A DNA stretch of 61,943 nucleotides from Zwartia sp. (lineage in GTDB: Bacteria > Pseudomonadota > Gammaproteobacteria > Burkholderiales > Burkholderiaceae_B), in the NCBI RefSeq assembly GCF_030653405.1, contig NZ_JAURZO010000049.1; one strand, written 5' to 3'. The stretch's first letter is position 1. Every line of letters starts with the position of its first letter. The notes under the pieces were generated by a model. The model ran no database searches, was not told where the DNA came from, and saw only the letters and a list, made by a program, of their open reading frames with translations. A program made the translations under genes and the position numbers. Below, one piece after another: positions 9,919-20,090 of this stretch.

Positions 9919-12810
9919 TCACGCATACCGGCGTAGTACCTTTCCAAGGTAATGTCCGGTATGGCTGGCGGAGCTTGCCGCGATTGTCTCAGGAGTTCCT
10001 TGGGCAACGATCTGACCGCCACCGCCGCCACCCTCGGGTCCCATATCAATGACCCAATCCGCGGTTTTAATGACGTCGAGATTGTGTTCAATGACGACAA
10101 CGGTGTTGCCAGCCTCCACAAGTTGATTCAGTACGCTCAATAGCAGCGCGATATCGTGGAAGTGCAGCCCAGTTGTAGGCTCGTCGAGGATATAGAGGGT
10201 TTGACCAGTACTGCGTTTGGAAAGCTCGAGTGAAAGCTTAACGCGTTGTGCTTCTCCGCCCGAAAGCGTAGTCGCACTTTGTCCTAATCGTAAATAGGAT
10301 AAACCGACATCGATCAGTGTTTGCAGTTTGCGCGCAACAGCCGGAACCGCCTCGAAATAGGTCAGCGCTTGTTCAACCGTGAGGTCGAGAACTTCGTGGA
10401 TATTGCGTCCACGATAACGAATCTCAAGTGTTTCGCGGTTGTATCGTTTGCCCATACAAACGTCGCAAGGTACGTACATGTCTGGTAGAAAGTGCATCTC
10501 AACTTTTACAACACCATCACCCTGACAGGCTTCACAGCGCCCACCTTTAACGTTAAAGCTAAAGCGTCCTGGATCATATCCGCGGGTTCGCGATTCGGGA
10601 ACACCCGCAAAAAGCTCACGAATGGGCGTGAACATGCCGGTGTATGTCGCGGGGTTGCTGCGGGGTGTTCGGCCGATGGGGCTTTGGTCCACGCTAATAA
10701 TTTTGTCAAAATGCTCAAGGCCCTCCAGGCCTGAATAAGGTGCAGGCTCGGACTGCGCATGATGCAGTGCGCGCGACATCACGATCGCCAGTGTGTCATT
10801 AATAAGCGTCGATTTGCCGGAGCCCGAAACACCGGAGATGCACACGAATTTGCCAGCGGGGATACGCAAGTCGACAGACTTTAGATTGTTACCAGTGCAG
10901 CCTGTCAGTGCGAGCCATTTTTGCTCCTCTTGGAGTGGACGTCGGGTGGGGACGGCGATCGCTTGCGCGCCACTCATATACTGGCCCGTGAGGGAGTCAG
11001 GATTTTGTTCAATTTGCGCAGGCGTGCCTTGCGCAACAATTTGTCCACCATGCTCACCAGCACCGGGTCCCATGTCGATGACCCAATCAGCCTGACGAAT
11101 CATGTCTTCGTCATGTTCGACCACGATGACGCTATTACCAAGATCACGAAGGTGGTGTAGTGTGGCGATCAGTCGATCATTGTCACGCTGGTGCAGGCCA
11201 ATAGAGGGCTCGTCCAGTACATACATGACACCCGTGAGTCCGGAGCCGATTTGGCTTGCCAGGCGAATGCGTTGTGCTTCACCACCTGAGATGGTGTCGG
11301 CGCTGCGATCAAGAGATAAGTAGTTTAGACCCACGTTGTTCAGAAAGCTCAGTCTCGCCTCGATCTCACGCACAATACGTTGTGCGATTTCCTGACGCGC
11401 GCCGGTCAGCTTCAGATTTTGAAACCATTTCAGGCATGTTGAAAGCGGTTGCGCCTCGACTTCATAGATCGCGAGACCCTGCTCTTGCCAAAGTTGACCT
11501 GTTGGTGTGTCTTGAAGGTATGTGGGGGGCGCAATGCGCTCATCACCGATACGGACATGGCGCGCCTCGGCGCGAAGCCGGGAGCCATGACACTCCGGAC
11601 AAGTTTGCACGGCGCGATATTTGCCAAGCTCTTCACGCACGGCCGAGGAGTCTGTTTCTTTCCAGCGTCGCTCAAGGTTCGGAATCACGCCCTCGAAAGT
11701 GTGTCGTTTGACCGTGCTGCGACCGTTTTCATTCAGATAGAAAAAGGGAATTTCGACCTCTCCGGAGCCGAAGAGCACGATTTTTTGAATGGCTTGAGGC
11801 AAACTCTCCCAACTTGCTTCAATATCGAAGTCATAGTGTGTCGACAGACTGGAGAGCATGGAAAACGTAAAGGCGTTGCGTTTGTCCCATCCTCTTATCG
11901 CACCGGAACCCAGGCTCAGCTCGGGAAACGCGACGACACGCTTTGGATCAAAAAATCCGACATGACCCAACCCATCACAACTTGGACAAGCGCCGACCGG
12001 ATTGTTGAAACTAAACAGCCGAGGCTCGAGCTCGGGCAAGCTGTGGCTGCAAACAGGACAAGCATAACGACTTGAGAACAAGTGTTCCTCATCGCTATCC
12101 ATATCGAGTGCGACCACCCTACCTTGCGAGAGGGTCAGTGCGGTTTCGAAGCTTTCCGCGAGTCGTTGTTTGCTTTCCGGCTTGATGCGCAACCGGTCAA
12201 TCACAACGTCAATATCGTGCTTTTCGTTTTTGTTGAGCTCGGGCATGCTGTCGAGATCAACCATCTGGCCGTCAACGCGCACGCGCACAAAGCCTTGCGC
12301 TTGCAGGCTGGCGCACTCGTCCTCAAAGCTTCCCTTGCGGGTACGTGCAATCGGGGCGAGGATGGCGAGCCTACGTTCGGCGGGCCAGTTTAGGACGCTG
12401 TCCACCATTTGGCTCACGCTTTGTGCCGCAAGCGGCAAACCGTGCGAGGGGCAGTAAGGGGTGCCAACCCGTGCGTAAAGTAGACGGAGGTAATCGTGAA
12501 TCTCGGTAATGGTTCCCACGGTCGAGCGAGGGTTGTGACCCGCGGCTTTTTGTTCGATCGAAATCGCCGGGGACAATCCCTCGATCAGGTCCACGTCCGG
12601 TTTGTCCATCAACTGCAAAAACTGCCGGGCATAGGCCGAGAGACTTTCGACATAGCGGCGCTGCCCCTCGGCGTACAGGGTGTCAAAGGCAAGAGAGGAC
12701 TTACCCGAGCCAGATAACCCGGTGACGACCACGAGTTTGTGTCTGGGCAGGTCTAGCGACACGTTTTTGAGATTGTGGGTGCGGGCACCCCGGATTCGGA
12801 TTTCGTCCAT
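9919..12810 (-). CDS. uvrA: Excinuclease ABC subunit A
   Basis: Two ABC ATPase cassettes ([24 protein letters not shown]) and Cys zinc-finger motifs; 963 aa. Confidence 0.98.
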   Translation of the reverse strand: MDEIRIRGARTHNLKNVSLDLPRHKLVVVTGLSGSGKSSLAFDTLYAEGQRRYVESLSAYARQFLQLMDKPDVDLIEGLSPAISIEQKAAGHNPRSTVGTITEIHDYLRLLYARVGTPYCPSHGLPLAAQSVSQMVDSVLNWPAERRLAILAPIARTRKGSFEDECASLQAQGFVRVRVDGQMVDLDSMPELNKNEKHDIDVVIDRLRIKPESKQRLAESFETALTLSQGRVVALDMDSDEEHLFSSRYACPVCSHSLPELEPRLFSFNNPVGACPSCDGLGHVGFFDPKRVVAFPELSLGSGAIRGWDKRNAFTFSMLSSLSTHYDFDIEASWESLPQAIQKIVLFGSGEVEIPFFYLNENGRSTVKRHTFEGVIPNLERRWKETDSSAVREELGKYRAVQTCPECHGSRLRAEARHVRIGDERIAPPTYLQDTPTGQLWQEQGLAIYEVEAQPLSTCLKWFQNLKLTGARQEIAQRIVREIEARLSFLNNVGLNYLSLDRSADTISGGEAQRIRLASQIGSGLTGVMYVLDEPSIGLHQRDNDRLIATLHHLRDLGNSVIVVEHDEDMIRQADWVIDMGPGAGEHGGQIVAQGTPAQIEQNPDSLTGQYMSGAQAIAVPTRRPLQEEQKWLALTGCTGNNLKSVDLRIPAGKFVCISGVSGSGKSTLINDTLAIVMSRALHHAQSEPAPYSGLEGLEHFDKIISVDQSPIGRTPRSNPATYTGMFTPIRELFAGVPESRTRGYDPGRFSFNVKGGRCEACQGDGVVKVEMHFLPDMYVPCDVCMGKRYNRETLEIRYRGRNIHEVLDLTVEQALTYFEAVPAVARKLQTLIDVGLSYLRLGQSATTLSGGEAQRVKLSLELSKRSTGQTLYILDEPTTGLHFHDIALLLSVLNQLVEAGNTVVVIEHNLDVIKTADWVIDMGPEGGGGGGQIVAQGTPETIAASSASHTGHYLGKVLRRYA

Positions 12811-12895
12811 GACACGTTTTTGAAAGCCAACTTGGTACTATACCGTGCTGGCGCGACAATCGTCTGATACCCCTTTATCCTGATACAAGTCCTTG

Positions 12896-14086
12896 ATGTC
12901 CGAACAAACGTCTTTATCTCTGACCCCGACCGAACGCCGTGCTAGTGTGGCCTTAGCCGGCTTGTTCGCCGCCCGCATGCTTGGCTTATTTTTGTTGTTG
13001 CCGGTCTTTGCCGTGGCGGCTCAGGGCTTAAAGGGCGGACATGACCCTCTTTGGATCGGCGTAGCCCTTGGAATGTACGGCTTGACCCAAGCGTTTATGC
13101 AGATCCCATTCGGCCTTGCCTCTGATCGCTGGGGGCGCCGTCCAGTCGTGTTGGCGGGTTTGTGCCTGTTTGTCGCAGGTAGTGTGGTGTGCGCCATGTC
13201 GGATGACATTTACTGGGTCACGATCGGTCGGGCGATTCAAGGCTCGGGCGCCATATCCGCGGCAGTCACCGCGTGGTTGGCCGATGCGACCCGGCCTGAG
13301 GTGCGGACGCGTGCGATGGCGATGGTGGGTGCGTCGATTGGTTTGTCCTTTGCCCTGTCTCTAGTGATTGCCCCCTTGATTGTCGGATCGACAGGTTTGG
13401 CGGGACTGTTCTGGACGATTGCCTTGCTGGGTGTAGTTTGTCTTGCGGTTGCCCGTTTTATCGTTCCGGTGGTCGCCCCTGCTCCCAAGCCTTTACATCC
13501 TGCTCGACCGATGCAAGTACTCACTCATACTGATTTACTCAGGCTCAATTTTGGTGTGTTTTGCTTGCATTTCATCCAGATTGCGATGTTTGTCGTGATT
13601 CCCCCGCTCTTGCTTAGATTGGGCGGTCTCGATGCCGAAGCGCTCTGGAAAGTCTACCTACCTGTCATTTTTGGCTCCTTTGTTTTTATGGTGCCAGCTA
13701 TTTTTGTCGCAGAAAAGCGTCGTGCGCATCTTGCTATGTTGCGCATGGCGGTGGCGGGATTGGTGCTTGTCTGCGCTTTTTTGCCCTGGGCCAGTCACAA
13801 TTTTTACCTGCTAGCCTTTGGTTTGACGGGATTTTTCGTGATGTTTAATGTGCTTGAGGCGCTACAGCCATCATTGGTGTCACGTGTAGCTCCTCCGGAA
13901 CTCAAGGGATTAGCGCTGGGTTTCTATAATACGTCTCAGGCTGCTGGTTTATTTTTAGGAGGCGCCTTAGGCGGCTCGATCGCTGTTTTGGGTGGATCAA
14001 GCGCGGTATTCTGGGTCGCCAGTGGCTTGTCCGCGCTGTGGTTGATTGTGACTTGGGGCTTAAAGCCGCTTGGTGCTAAGCACTAA
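12896..14086 (+). CDS. MFS transporter (YajR-like)
   Basis: RMLGLFLLLPV and GLASDRWGRRPV (MFS motif A), about 12 TM helices; divergent from uvrA. Confidence 0.9.
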   Translation: MSEQTSLSLTPTERRASVALAGLFAARMLGLFLLLPVFAVAAQGLKGGHDPLWIGVALGMYGLTQAFMQIPFGLASDRWGRRPVVLAGLCLFVAGSVVCAMSDDIYWVTIGRAIQGSGAISAAVTAWLADATRPEVRTRAMAMVGASIGLSFALSLVIAPLIVGSTGLAGLFWTIALLGVVCLAVARFIVPVVAPAPKPLHPARPMQVLTHTDLLRLNFGVFCLHFIQIAMFVVIPPLLLRLGGLDAEALWKVYLPVIFGSFVFMVPAIFVAEKRRAHLAMLRMAVAGLVLVCAFLPWASHNFYLLAFGLTGFFVMFNVLEALQPSLVSRVAPPELKGLALGFYNTSQAAGLFLGGALGGSIAVLGGSSAVFWVASGLSALWLIVTWGLKPLGAKH

Positions 14087-14109
14087 AGATTTAATAAATT
14101 GCCTGTAAA

Positions 14110-14125
14110 TGTCAGAATTTGTCGG
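14110..14125 (+). promoter_or_regulatory. Direct-repeat box TGTCAG-AATT-TGTCGG, candidate OmpR-family binding site
   Basis: Two hexamers at a 10-bp period, 22 nt upstream of TAGAAT (14148-14153). A related box occurs at 20009-20024. Confidence 0.45.
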
Positions 14126-14208
14126 GCTTTAAGGAAAAGATTATCTTTAGAATCCTATTCTAGTGATCGCTGTTCAAAGATTAAGGATCTGGATTTCAGT
14201 GAACAATC

Positions 14209-14895
14209 ATGCAGGCTAGAGTGTTAATCGTCGAGGATGAAGAAGATTTCCGTGAAGGAATCGTCGAGCTGCTTAAGCTCGAAAATTTCGAGGCGAGTGG
14301 GGTGGGCAGCATCACCGAATATTTGGCTTGGATCGAAACCAATCAATACGATATTTTGATTCTGGATCGCAATTTGCCAGATGGCGATGGCTTGGACATC
14401 CTTAAAAATCATCATGTCTTTAGCGATGCAGGATCGATTATCCTCAGTTGTGAAGGTCAGCCACACGATCGAATATTGGGCATGAACGCAGATGCTGATT
14501 ATTATCTGGTTAAGCCTTTTCCGACAGATGAGTTACTGGCCATATTGCACAGGGTTGCCCGTAGATTGGATTCGGCCACTACACAGCGCGCCCTGGAGTG
14601 GACCCTCAATACGGTGCGCTGGGAATTAAAAACACCTAATAATCTCGAGATTGAATTAACGCGTAGCGAGTTTGCATTATTGAACTGTTTTGTTCAAAAG
14701 CCGGGAGAGGTCATTGCACGTGACCAGATCATTAAAGGGCTTGGATTCAATCCAATGGTTTATGACAACAGACGCCTTGAGGTGATGCTGCGCCGGTTGA
14801 GAAAAAAAATAGAAGATGCCGGAGTGGTCAAATTTCCTCTGCAGACGGTTTATGGCGTCGGACTCGTATTTAACGAGGTATTGAAAACGGTTTAG
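14209..14895 (+). CDS. OmpR/PhoB-family response regulator
   Basis: Receiver domain (VEDE, LDRNLPDGDG, ADYYLVKP) and winged helix (LTRSEF, RLRKKI, TVYGVG). Confidence 0.93.
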   Translation: MQARVLIVEDEEDFREGIVELLKLENFEASGVGSITEYLAWIETNQYDILILDRNLPDGDGLDILKNHHVFSDAGSIILSCEGQPHDRILGMNADADYYLVKPFPTDELLAILHRVARRLDSATTQRALEWTLNTVRWELKTPNNLEIELTRSEFALLNCFVQKPGEVIARDQIIKGLGFNPMVYDNRRLEVMLRRLRKKIEDAGVVKFPLQTVYGVGLVFNEVLKTV

Positions 14896-14911
14896 TCATC
14901 ACTACAAAAGT

Positions 14912-16738
14912 ATGAAGAAAATTTTTTATAAATCTCTTCTTTCTTTCTTCAGTTTGATCGCACTTTTCGGCTGCGCGACATCGAGTGATCGTTTGAATCA
15001 AGCAGACGCCATTCTAGTCAAAATTCTTGCGTTGAATGATTTCCATGGATACTTGAACCGTGCGGAAAATGCCGAAGTTTATTTGAACGATCCGGATAAT
15101 CCGACAACACCAGTTAAGGTGCAAGTCGGTGGGGCGGCCTACATGGCAAGCCTGATAAAAAAATTCAAAGCGGAAAATCCCTACTCAGTCGTTGTGAGTG
15201 CGGGGGATTTGATTGGTGCCTCTCCCGCGATCTCATCCTTTACACAGGATGAAGCGACCATCAATATCATGGGACAGATGGGCATGGAAGTTTCTGTTGT
15301 TGGGAATCACGAATTTGACCGGGGCAAGATTGAGCTATTACGTTTGCAAAACGGAGGTTGCGCGCCCGGCAAAGAAATCGGAATTGACACCTGTGTTAAA
15401 GACGGCGCGTTCAAGGGTGCACAGTTTCCCTATCTTGCAGCAAACGTGATTGATCAAGAGACGCAGAAGCTTTTGTTTCCAGCGACCTTTACGAAGAAGT
15501 TTGGTGACGTGACTGTTGGCTTTGTAGGTGTCACCCTACGCGACACACCCAAAGCCACCCGTGGCGCAAGTGGCTTAACGTTTCTTGACGAGGCTGAGGT
15601 GATTAATGCGCACGCATTGAACCTTAAAAAACAAGGCGTGGAGGCAGTTGTGGTATTACTCCATCAGGGTGGCGGTACAACGGCTAAAACACTGAATGAC
15701 AAAAGCTGTCCGGGATTGGTGGGACAAATCGTTCCGATTGTTCAAGGCCTAAAAAATGTAGATGCGGTAGTGAGCGGCCACACCCATCGCGAATACGTTT
15801 GCACCGATCCAAAAACGGGTATCTTGCTTACTCAGGCAAACTATTACGGCAATGTTGTGACCGATATGAATCTGAAAATCGTTCCAGGCAAGGGTGTCAT
15901 CTCAAAGAAGGCTGACAATCATCCAGTGCTGACAGAGAATAATAAAAAATTGCCTCGTGGTTATACAGCGTTGACTAAAGATCGTGAGATAGATCGTGAA
16001 GTGCAACGCTATGACGAACTGTCCAAGAAAAAGCGTGCAATGATCCAAGGCTATATCGCCGAACCTTTACCCATGATCACGATCTCCGCCACAAATTCTC
16101 GAAATAATAATACTGAGCATTTAATCGGAAATGTCATTGCTGATGCCTATTTAGCCAGTGCGCCGGCATCCGTTAAAGCCGATATCGCGATACTGAATCC
16201 GGGTGGAGTGCGCGGTGGATTAGCCCACGCAGGTCCCGTGACATACGATCAACTATTCGGTGTGGCGCCTTTTGGCAACAGTTTGTTTTATGTCGATCTG
16301 ACAGGCGAGCAACTGATCCGACTGCTTGAACAGCAATGGGAAGAGCCAAACTGCAAGAACAAACCGCTCGTGATTAATCAGGTCAACATGTGCGGCAGGC
16401 TCTTGCAGCTGAGCTCGACGCTGACCTATGCCTGGGACGTCTCCAGAGGACCAGGTAAACCCAGCGGCAAAGGAGACTTGGTCTTGGTGGACTCGGTCAG
16501 GATCGGTCCTCACCAAGAACCGCTCGATCTAAAAAAGAAATATCGGATTGTGACCGATCCATTCCTCGCCGAAGAAGGAGGAGATTATTTCACTGTCTTT
16601 AAAGAGGGCACGGGATTGCAGGATATGGGTGTCATTGATATCGAGGCGATCGTGGCGTATTTCAACAGGTTTCCGAAAACTTCCCCAATGTCCACACCTA
16701 AAAAGCGCGTGACCTGTCATACGTGTCCGGCTGTTTAA
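14912..16738 (+). CDS. Bifunctional metallophosphatase / 5'-nucleotidase lipoprotein
   Basis: Lipobox LFGC; metallophosphatase motifs NDFHG, AGDL, GNHEFD and GHTH; C-terminal domain NPGGVR..PFGN. Confidence 0.9.
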   Translation: MKKIFYKSLLSFFSLIALFGCATSSDRLNQADAILVKILALNDFHGYLNRAENAEVYLNDPDNPTTPVKVQVGGAAYMASLIKKFKAENPYSVVVSAGDLIGASPAISSFTQDEATINIMGQMGMEVSVVGNHEFDRGKIELLRLQNGGCAPGKEIGIDTCVKDGAFKGAQFPYLAANVIDQETQKLLFPATFTKKFGDVTVGFVGVTLRDTPKATRGASGLTFLDEAEVINAHALNLKKQGVEAVVVLLHQGGGTTAKTLNDKSCPGLVGQIVPIVQGLKNVDAVVSGHTHREYVCTDPKTGILLTQANYYGNVVTDMNLKIVPGKGVISKKADNHPVLTENNKKLPRGYTALTKDREIDREVQRYDELSKKKRAMIQGYIAEPLPMITISATNSRNNNTEHLIGNVIADAYLASAPASVKADIAILNPGGVRGGLAHAGPVTYDQLFGVAPFGNSLFYVDLTGEQLIRLLEQQWEEPNCKNKPLVINQVNMCGRLLQLSSTLTYAWDVSRGPGKPSGKGDLVLVDSVRIGPHQEPLDLKKKYRIVTDPFLAEEGGDYFTVFKEGTGLQDMGVIDIEAIVAYFNRFPKTSPMSTPKKRVTCHTCPAV

Positions 16739-17844
16739 GACTGTGAGTACACCTGATAAGCCGTATCGCCCGCAAACTTGGATTCGATCCAATCGAACCC
16801 GCGTAGTGATTGCGCAATGATCTCCGCTTTAAAAGCAGGATCCTGTGCTGCGCGTAAGAGTCGATAGCGATTGGCATCGATATGTGGCGGTAAAAGTGCC
16901 TCGGTCCAATTGGTTGCAATATTGAGCGTATCCGCAAGCCGCTCCCCGTGAAAAAGCCGCGCCAAAGACTCGACAAATAATATTGAAATATCAGTCGGCA
17001 TCCCCCACACGCCCGCTAAACGCTGACCGATTGCGTCAAGCATCGCACGGCTGAGCGCGATGGAGCGATGATCAGGTGACGGTGTGGTTGCACCAATTTC
17101 ACGGAGCAAAATGTTTGCCGAATCGTGATCTGTTACGAATGAAAGCGTGCTCTGCTCAATACCAAGCAGACGTCCGACCAGACGCCACATGGCATACAGA
17201 GAAGACAGTTTCTGCGCGTCAAATTTAAAACCGATCCGCTCAAGCGACTGAAAGGAGACAACAGTAAAGTCTAGCCATGTTCTTAACAACTGACGTTGAT
17301 CGATGGGTATGCAGGCATTGAATGGCGGATCTCTTCTTTTAATTAGATTGGCGCGAATACGCGCATGCAATAGCCGCACCTGAAGAGTGTGTACATATCC
17401 CTCTGCGCCGATCATCAAACCGCCCGCACGCAGGATTTTTAAATTCCACAGCTGCGTTTCCATCAAACGCCGTGCAGCGAGCTGGGCTGAAAGATTCCCA
17501 GTGCTCGAAAGCACGGCGGCGATACTGGGGTCGCAATAGGTATGAATCAGTGCGCCAGGACCCAGACTCACGCTGAGCCAAGTCGGACCCATCAGCAGAT
17601 ATGGTTCAGTTGCCCGTTGCAAAATTTCGACGGGCGTCTCCGTGCAGGCTAACTCCGCATCTTTTAGGAGCGCTTTAATCGCCTCCGGCGCCTCCGGGAT
17701 CGCCTGGTGACCGTGCTTAAGGCCTTGCAGCAATAAAGCCTTGGCTTGAACTGGAGAGTGTTCCAAGGTGTCAATGACTGCGTCCGCAAGCGGATCGCCA
17801 TTTCCTGATAATGATCGCAAGTGTGTCTTTAATAAAGCACTCAT
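16735..17844 (-). CDS. MpaB/Lcp-like (DUF2236) heme oxygenase-family protein
   Basis: GDPLAD N-terminus, RRLMET, VRLLHARIR, PIDQ and WRLVGRLLGI motifs typical of DUF2236. Confidence 0.8.
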   Translation of the reverse strand: MSALLKTHLRSLSGNGDPLADAVIDTLEHSPVQAKALLLQGLKHGHQAIPEAPEAIKALLKDAELACTETPVEILQRATEPYLLMGPTWLSVSLGPGALIHTYCDPSIAAVLSSTGNLSAQLAARRLMETQLWNLKILRAGGLMIGAEGYVHTLQVRLLHARIRANLIKRRDPPFNACIPIDQRQLLRTWLDFTVVSFQSLERIGFKFDAQKLSSLYAMWRLVGRLLGIEQSTLSFVTDHDSANILLREIGATTPSPDHRSIALSRAMLDAIGQRLAGVWGMPTDISILFVESLARLFHGERLADTLNIATNWTEALLPPHIDANRYRLLRAAQDPAFKAEIIAQSLRGFDWIESKFAGDTAYQVYSQS

Positions 17845-17870
17845 ACGTATCCCTCACTCGCTCTGAGTTT

Positions 17871-17912
17871 TGTTCGTTCAAGCCTGTTGGTTCAAGCCTT
17901 ATTGTTCAAGGT
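17871..17912. repeat. Three degenerate tandem 14-bp copies
   Basis: TGTTCGTTCAAGCC / TGTTGGTTCAAGCC / TTATTGTTCAAGGT; the third copy contains the kinase stop codon. Confidence 0.8.
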
Positions 17913-19908
17913 GGGCAATGCTTTTTTCTGAAAACCAGGCAATGAATTCAGCACCTTGACCGAGCGTGCTGATGACTTGAATTTGTCCACCGTAAAACTC
18001 CATCACTTTTTTGACAAAAGAAAGGCCTAATCCGTAGCCCTTCTTTTTGATCGCTGTATCAATCTGGACAAACTCTTCAAAAATTCTCTGATGATTACTC
18101 GGATCGATACCGATTCCCGCATCAACAATCGAGATGCCTAGTTTTTCGGGCGTGAGAATAATCTTGATACGAACGACAGACTGAACCGGCGAGTATTTGC
18201 AGGCGTTGTCGATCAGATTGAGTACGACCACTTCCAGCATTTTTTCATCCGCAACCAAGATAGGCGAACCAGGATGCTCCATAAAGGAAAGCATGTGATT
18301 GGGGTGATATTGTTTACATCGTTCCACGAGATCAGAGAGCCAATGATTGAGGTGAATAAGCTCTGGGCGATCATTATCAATTTTATTTTCGAGCCGATCG
18401 CCCTGTAGCCAGCGATCAAAAAGCAACGCGAGGCGATGTGTGGCTGAGCTGATGATGGAGAGCCTCTTTTTCTGACCGTCATCACCTGTCTGGCGGCTGA
18501 GCAATGCGGCTTGGGCCTCGATAATGCCTAGAGGACTTCTAAACTCATGCGAAATGAGTGAGCCAAAACGGATGTATTGCTCCCTGAGTTTCTTCTCGCT
18601 CTCCAGCATGGTCCTCAAGTCATTGGTACGCAAGGACACTTGTCTTTCAAGGCGCTCCTCTGATGCTCGTAAAGACTGAACCAAGGCCTCTTTAGAGGTT
18701 AACGCATCGCGCTGAGCGGACTCGCGCAGGATCCGTTCATGCTGGATGCGACTTGCCAAGGCAAAAGACAGTAACAACATCTCGATGGCAGAAGATATCT
18801 GTAGTGCATAAGACGTAAACCATATGCTTGGAATCCAATCTAGTTGATGCAGGCTGGCGACAAAGCCGCCGAGACACAGCACTCCCCAGGCCAGGAGAAA
18901 AAACTTGGCACTTTGTTGTCCTGCTTTACACGCCCAAAAGCCTGAAAAAAGGACGAGAAATAGCATGGGAAAAATAAGCGCTGGAAAGATGATAAACAAA
19001 ATGTCTTTCGAAAATCCCAGCCAAATGGATGCTGGAAAAAACAGCGCAAACACTAAAAACAAAATCGCCAGACCTTTGATCGCTCGATCAAGCGCCCTAA
19101 AGGCTCGCCGGGTGTTGAGGAATTCGGACGTGAATAACAAAGCCATCACCACCCCAAGTGACAATAACGTCGATTGAGATATTTGATCCCACCGCGGTGC
19201 ATCGGACCAAAGAAACAACCTGCCGTAGCCATTGCCAGCAAAAATGCCTAAACCGGTAAACAGAGCAAACAGCGCATAGTAAAGATGCGAGCGATCACGC
19301 AGATAGATAAAAATAAACAAATTAAAAATCGCCAGTACACCCACCCCACCGTAGTACAGAGATTGCCAGAGGGTGTCTTGTTGGATGCGTGCGTTGAAAG
19401 CCTGAGCTTCCCAAAGTTTCAGAGGAACAGAAATGCTTTGGTCGGAGCGGATTTTCAGATAAAAGTTTTGCGACTGTTCAGTCAGTGTGATCGGGAAAGC
19501 GTAGTACCTATAAAACACAGGACGGGTGTTGACTGGCAAGGCGCTACCCGTTTGAATAACAGGTTGACCTGAGGCATAAAAATTAATGTCTTCTAAGCCA
19601 AAGTATGAAAGTTCTAATATCCATTGTGATGGCGTGTCTCGTGTAATCGACAGCGGTATTTTGATCCAGTAAGTCGATTTTGAAAAACCAAATCCAAGCT
19701 CATTACCCACTAACTTCGGTGCTTTGAATTGTTCTTGAAAAGAAGAGGTCTGAATTTGGCTAAACGTAATCGACCCTGTCGGATCTTCGAAAACACTGAT
19801 CGCAGAGACAGGATTGATGGGTGATCGCGAGGCTTCAAGTGGCGAGGCTTGTCCTGCGGACAGGACTCCACTCAATAGGAAAAAAAGTATCAGCAGCGCG
19901 ACGCGCAT
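17899..19908 (-). CDS. 7TMR-DISM sensor histidine kinase
   Basis: Signal peptide; DISMED2-like extracellular domain (FEDPTG, FGFSKSTYW); about 7 TM helices ending EMLLLSFALA; H-box SHEFRSPL; NLIDNACKY; DAGIGI; GYGLGL. Confidence 0.9.
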   Translation of the reverse strand: MRVALLILFFLLSGVLSAGQASPLEASRSPINPVSAISVFEDPTGSITFSQIQTSSFQEQFKAPKLVGNELGFGFSKSTYWIKIPLSITRDTPSQWILELSYFGLEDINFYASGQPVIQTGSALPVNTRPVFYRYYAFPITLTEQSQNFYLKIRSDQSISVPLKLWEAQAFNARIQQDTLWQSLYYGGVGVLAIFNLFIFIYLRDRSHLYYALFALFTGLGIFAGNGYGRLFLWSDAPRWDQISQSTLLSLGVVMALLFTSEFLNTRRAFRALDRAIKGLAILFLVFALFFPASIWLGFSKDILFIIFPALIFPMLFLVLFSGFWACKAGQQSAKFFLLAWGVLCLGGFVASLHQLDWIPSIWFTSYALQISSAIEMLLLSFALASRIQHERILRESAQRDALTSKEALVQSLRASEERLERQVSLRTNDLRTMLESEKKLREQYIRFGSLISHEFRSPLGIIEAQAALLSRQTGDDGQKKRLSIISSATHRLALLFDRWLQGDRLENKIDNDRPELIHLNHWLSDLVERCKQYHPNHMLSFMEHPGSPILVADEKMLEVVVLNLIDNACKYSPVQSVVRIKIILTPEKLGISIVDAGIGIDPSNHQRIFEEFVQIDTAIKKKGYGLGLSFVKKVMEFYGGQIQVISTLGQGAEFIAWFSEKSIAHLEQ

Positions 19909-20008
19909 ATCAATCCAACATCTTTATAGCTGGTAACGTCAGCAAGTTTCACAAGAGTATAAGTCTGTGTGCGCAACGTCGTCTCGAATTGCAAAAAATG
20001 GTTGAATC

Positions 20009-20024
20009 CTGACCAATACTGACA
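20009..20024 (-). promoter_or_regulatory. Direct-repeat box TGTCAG-TATT-GGTCAG (minus strand) in the kinase / carbonic anhydrase divergent spacer
   Basis: 13/16 identical to the 14110-14125 box. TAGATT at 20047-20052 lies 22 nt downstream on the plus strand. Confidence 0.45.
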
Positions 20025-20090
20025 ATTTTTTGAAGCGCTAAAGAAATAGATTTACAGTTCAAAACATTATTTAAGTCTCATTCAATCCCT

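Noticed and set aside
11449..12075. 208-aa plus-strand ORF and other short ORFs inside uvrA
   Set aside because: Antisense shadows of a highly conserved gene.
12811..12895. LexA (SOS) box at uvrA, also looked for upstream of ssb
   Set aside because: No CTGT-N8-ACAG match seen in either spacer.
14070..14110. att site or target duplication at the island boundary
   Set aside because: No matching direct repeat found near 29794-29913, and no integrase or tRNA gene.
16715..16738. Heme c attachment motif in the nucleotidase C-terminus
   Set aside because: The sequence is CHTCP, not CxxCH.
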